Source: Campylobacterota bacterium (GTDB taxonomy: Bacteria; Campylobacterota; Campylobacteria; Campylobacterales; Sulfurovaceae). Taken from it: 55,216 bases of DNA. A model generated the notes under the pieces. The model made no database searches and was not told where the DNA came from. It worked only from the letters and a program-made list of their open reading frames with translations. The stretch is from NCBI GenBank assembly GCA_013153055.1, contig JAADFE010000067.1, positions 1-55,216 of the forward strand, written 5' to 3'. Each line of letters begins with the position of its first letter. Positions within the stretch are counted from its first letter, which is position 1. A program made the translations under genes and the position numbers. Positions 51,738 to 55,216 of this stretch are shown piece after piece.

Positions 51738-54326
51738 ATGAAACAACAATATAAATCTTATGAAGAGACTAGAGAGTTTCTTTTTAAGTGTATGGAAGAG
51801 TATCCTGATATTATTACTGTACAAAATATTGGGCAGAGTTGGGAGAAGAGAGATATATTGTTGGCAACAGTATCACTAAATGTTGCGTATGCTCATCTAA
51901 AACCAGCACTGCTCTATACAGGTACGGTTCACGCTAGAGAGTGGATAGGAAATGAACTAGGAGTTGAGTTTATAGATTATATCCTTAAAAACTATAAAAA
52001 CAACCCTGAAATTCTAAAAACTATCACCTACAATACTCTATATCTCGTACCATGCTTGAACCCTGATGGGTTTGAGTATAGCCGTACACACTTTTCATTT
52101 TGGAGAAAAAATAGAAGAGATAATGGTGATGGAACCTATGGTGTTGACCTTAATCGTAACTTCTCTATAGGTTTTAGAAAATCAAAAAATACAAGCTCAA
52201 ATGTATATGGTGGACCAAAGCCTTTTTCTGAACCAGAGACTAGAGCTATAAAAGAGTTTGTAGATACCCATCCAAATATCACTATTGCACTTGATTATCA
52301 CTCACAAGGAAATGTATTTTTCCCTGCTCACAAGTTTAATCATGAGATGGAGTTAGAGGGAACTGACCTCAATACTCTATGTGCCAATATGAACTACCAT
52401 ATCCATAAAGTAACAGGTAGAAGATATGGAATTAATAGAGGAAAACCACCTACAAAGCTTATCTCAGGAAGTGGAAGAGAGTACTACTACTCCAAAGGGA
52501 TTATAGCCTCTGTTGTAGAGGTTGGTACTAGAAATATCCCTGATTATATGCAAAATATGTCTGAGTCTATTAGTGAAAATATCCCAGCACTACTATATGC
52601 TATGGGTGAGGCAAAAAACTATAGTCCTCATGCACCACAAAGAGTTGAGAATTTTCATCTAGTGGAGTTTAGTTCAGATAGTTGTAAATTAGCATGGGAT
52701 TATCCAGATGACCCAGAGATATACTTTGAGATATATAGAAATACAAACAACAAAATGGCATGTAATGATAGCTCTTTGATAGGTATCACATCTAGTTGTG
52801 AGTTTGTAGATGAGAATTTAGAGAGTGGGACTATGTACTTTTATTATATAAGAGCCGTGCATAAACTCTCTCAAACCAAATCACCTATAGCTCCAAAGGT
52901 AAAGTTTAAGACTCTACTAGAAGATAATGAGTTTAGTAGAACTATTTTCCCGAAAAAATCAAATGTAGGCTATGTAGCTCAAAAATCACCAGAGGCAAAT
53001 TTTGGTCATTTTGGTGTCAACTCACTTAAAGTTGGAGTGAGTGAGAGTAGGGGGATATGTTATGGAGTTATGCAGATAGATTTAGATAGTATGCCTAAAA
53101 ATGCTCAAATCATAGATGCTAGATTCTCTTTGTATCCTCTTAATAGAGTGTCAGCCAAGATTGAAAAATATGGTGAGTGGTCGTTATCTATTATGGACTC
53201 TGATACTATTGCTGATATAAGAGACTTTAACCAAGTACACAATGCAAAATATATCAAAACTGTAGGAAAAAGTATCCCCTCAGAACAGCTAACTCAAGGG
53301 ATTTGGAGTCATTGGGATTTCAATGAGTTCGAAAGAGCTAGACTTCAAGAGCAGTTAGAAAAAGGTAAGGTGATATTCAAACTAGAGGGACCAACCAAGC
53401 TTCCTATAGGAAGAGATTCTCAGATTATGGTGTTTGATTTGGGATATGGCTCTCAAGGTGGTGGGCTTCACTATAGACCATCTATAGATATAAAATATAC
53501 TGTTCCATCTACAGAAATTTCTATACCTTTAGCTAACTCTATGACAATATCAGAAGAGGATATAGAACATGATAAATTAGCATGTGGATTTGATGAGAAT
53601 GATGAGAAGATTTATGGATTTATGTCATTTGATTTGTCATCTCTGCCAGATATTGATAAAACTGTCATAACAGATGCTTGGATAGAGATATATAATACTA
53701 CCACAGTAAAAAAAGATGTTGATATCAGATATAATGTAGAGTTTGTGGATTTAGATGAGTTTACATATAGTGATATCAAAAATCGAGATAGAATTGAGTA
53801 TATAGGATATGAGGTAAGCTCTGCTGAACTTGGTAGAAAAAAAGAGCATAAGTTTATGTTTGATAAGTACTCTATACTAGAGCTTGAAAACAAACGAAAA
53901 GAGAACCAAGAGGCTAGATTTATAATCCGTCCTACAAGTGTGTTGACTAGAAAGCATCTGATTAATTGGGCTTATAAAGGTGATACAGCAGCCAAATTGA
54001 GAATAAAATATATACCAAAAAGAAGAATACCACTACCAGCACCTAGAAATTTAAAAGCATCAGTTGAAAATGGTACAGTTAAACTCACTTGGGATAGATT
54101 GGGGTATGAGGATTTAGTTGGTTATTTTGTAGTTAGAAACCGTTGGCATGTACCAAGAAGTCCATTTGATGGAGTCAAACTATATGCAGGAGGAGACAAC
54201 TACACATATGATACCTATGGCTCAACCAAGATGCACAAATATTATGCTGTTTTTAGTTATGACAATGTTCCAAACTATAGTGAGGGGGCTGTTGTTGAGT
54301 ATTTTGGAAATGAGAAGAGCAAATAG
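51738..54326 (+). CDS. Cytoplasmic M14 zinc carboxypeptidase with FN3-like and beta-sandwich C-terminal domains
   Basis: HARE, NPDG, RKN, DLNRNF, DYHS, EVG motifs; no signal peptide. Confidence 0.88.
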   Translation: MKQQYKSYEETREFLFKCMEEYPDIITVQNIGQSWEKRDILLATVSLNVAYAHLKPALLYTGTVHAREWIGNELGVEFIDYILKNYKNNPEILKTITYNTLYLVPCLNPDGFEYSRTHFSFWRKNRRDNGDGTYGVDLNRNFSIGFRKSKNTSSNVYGGPKPFSEPETRAIKEFVDTHPNITIALDYHSQGNVFFPAHKFNHEMELEGTDLNTLCANMNYHIHKVTGRRYGINRGKPPTKLISGSGREYYYSKGIIASVVEVGTRNIPDYMQNMSESISENIPALLYAMGEAKNYSPHAPQRVENFHLVEFSSDSCKLAWDYPDDPEIYFEIYRNTNNKMACNDSSLIGITSSCEFVDENLESGTMYFYYIRAVHKLSQTKSPIAPKVKFKTLLEDNEFSRTIFPKKSNVGYVAQKSPEANFGHFGVNSLKVGVSESRGICYGVMQIDLDSMPKNAQIIDARFSLYPLNRVSAKIEKYGEWSLSIMDSDTIADIRDFNQVHNAKYIKTVGKSIPSEQLTQGIWSHWDFNEFERARLQEQLEKGKVIFKLEGPTKLPIGRDSQIMVFDLGYGSQGGGLHYRPSIDIKYTVPSTEISIPLANSMTISEEDIEHDKLACGFDENDEKIYGFMSFDLSSLPDIDKTVITDAWIEIYNTTTVKKDVDIRYNVEFVDLDEFTYSDIKNRDRIEYIGYEVSSAELGRKKEHKFMFDKYSILELENKRKENQEARFIIRPTSVLTRKHLINWAYKGDTAAKLRIKYIPKRRIPLPAPRNLKASVENGTVKLTWDRLGYEDLVGYFVVRNRWHVPRSPFDGVKLYAGGDNYTYDTYGSTKMHKYYAVFSYDNVPNYSEGAVVEYFGNEKSK

Positions 54327-54380
54327 CTAAAAGTATTAATATTATTTAGTTTATGTAAATAAATATTGTGATAAAATATG

Positions 54381-54456
54381 CCTTCCAAAATTCTTGCTCA
54401 TCTTTTGGATAGTCACTTGACTATGAGAGATGGGCTATTAAACCAAAAGGAAGACA
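54381..54456 (+). promoter_or_regulatory. Putative S6:S18 ribosomal protein leader RNA
   Basis: Stems GCTCATCT/AGATGGGC and ATAGTCA/TGACTAT; CTTCC can pair with the GGAAG RBS of rpsF. Confidence 0.55.
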
Positions 54457-54891
54457 ATGAACAACTACGAAACACTGTTTGTGATTAAACCTACACTAAC
54501 AGATGAAGAGACAGCAACACAAATTGCTAAAGTTACAGAGACTCTTGAAAAAGAGGGAGCTGAAATTCTTGCTACTAATAAAATGGGAATGAGAAGACTT
54601 GCTTATCCTGTTGCTAAACATGAAAGAGGTGTTTATACAATTATCTACTTTAAAGCAGCTGGTTCTGTTATCGCTGAGTTTGAGAGAAAGTTAAAGTTTA
54701 ATGAAGATGTTATTAAATATTTGACTGTAAAATATACTAAGAAAAAAGAACTTGCACAGTTTGATAAACTTGTATCTGCAGCAAATGGTACAAAAGAAGA
54801 GACCAAAGCAGAAGAGACCAAAGCAGAAGAGCCACAAGTAGAAGAGGCACCAAAAGCAGAAGAAGCAACTACAGAGAATGTAGAGGCATAA
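54457..54891 (+). CDS. rpsF: 30S ribosomal protein S6 with long acidic tail
   Basis: YETLFVIKP, GMRRLAYPV; followed by ssb. Confidence 0.97.
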   Translation: MNNYETLFVIKPTLTDEETATQIAKVTETLEKEGAEILATNKMGMRRLAYPVAKHERGVYTIIYFKAAGSVIAEFERKLKFNEDVIKYLTVKYTKKKELAQFDKLVSAANGTKEETKAEETKAEEPQVEEAPKAEEATTENVEA

Positions 54892-54908
54892 GACCTTAGG
54901 AGAACCCC

Positions 54909-55216
54909 ATGTATAACAAAGTAGTATTGGTAGGAAATCTTACAAGAGATGTTGAGATTAGATATTCACAAAGTGGTAGTGCTATTGGTAATGTTGGTAT
55001 TGCAACAAGCCGAAAGTTCAAAACACAAACTGGTGAGACCAAAGAAGAGGTGATGTTTATTGACTTGACATTTTTTGGACGAACAGCAGAGATTGCCAAT
55101 CAGTACCTTCGCAAGGGGAGCAAAGTTTTAATTGACGGACGACTTGTATTTCAGCAGTGGACAGCACAAGATGGAAGTAAAAGAAGTAAACATGCTATAA
55201 CTGTAGAAAATCTACA
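54909..55216 (+). CDS. ssb: Single-stranded DNA-binding protein (3' truncated by window edge)
   Basis: Read from sequence: MYNKVVLVGNLTRDVEIRY...YLRKGSKVLIDGRL; AGGAG RBS. Confidence 0.96.
   Translation, partial: MYNKVVLVGNLTRDVEIRYSQSGSAIGNVGIATSRKFKTQTGETKEEVMFIDLTFFGRTAEIANQYLRKGSKVLIDGRLVFQQWTAQDGSKRSKHAITVENL

Noticed and set aside
54896-55099. 67-aa minus-strand ORF
   Set aside because: Antisense shadow of ssb, which the track missed because it runs off the window

Overview
AT-rich chromosomal window from a Campylobacterota bacterium, probably Sulfurovum/Sulfurimonas-like (inferred from oadB-pckA, oorDABC, the ftsEX-trmB-FN3 lipoprotein-rluD synteny and rpsF-ssb). Most of it is housekeeping: pckA, rnpB, feoAB, pyrD, mltB, lepA, prs, ftsEX, trmB, gpsA, oorDABC, tgt, pheA, rpsF, ssb. 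The notable accessory content is: (1) two cytoplasmic RimK-type ATP-grasp ligases plus a large cytoplasmic M14 carboxypeptidase just upstream of rpsF, a candidate peptide-tag writer/eraser system; (2) an AT-rich TetR/MMPL cassette that splits this operon and leaves a decayed duplicate of the ligase 3' region; (3) an 88-bp miniature inverted-repeat element inserted in frame (+31 aa) into the MMPL gene, whose palindromic core recurs at 9.1 kb; (4) a heme-copper enzyme with gNOR-type His-to-Asp active site and a CuA-less subunit II, behind a perfect FNR-type box; (5) an lsrK/aldolase/cupin mini-operon; (6) a RelE/ParE toxin-antitoxin pair flanked by direct repeats at the lepA 3' end; (7) several unannotated small ORFs. 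No CRISPR array, tRNA, rRNA or intact transposase was seen. All calls are from motif recognition by eye; no database searches were run.
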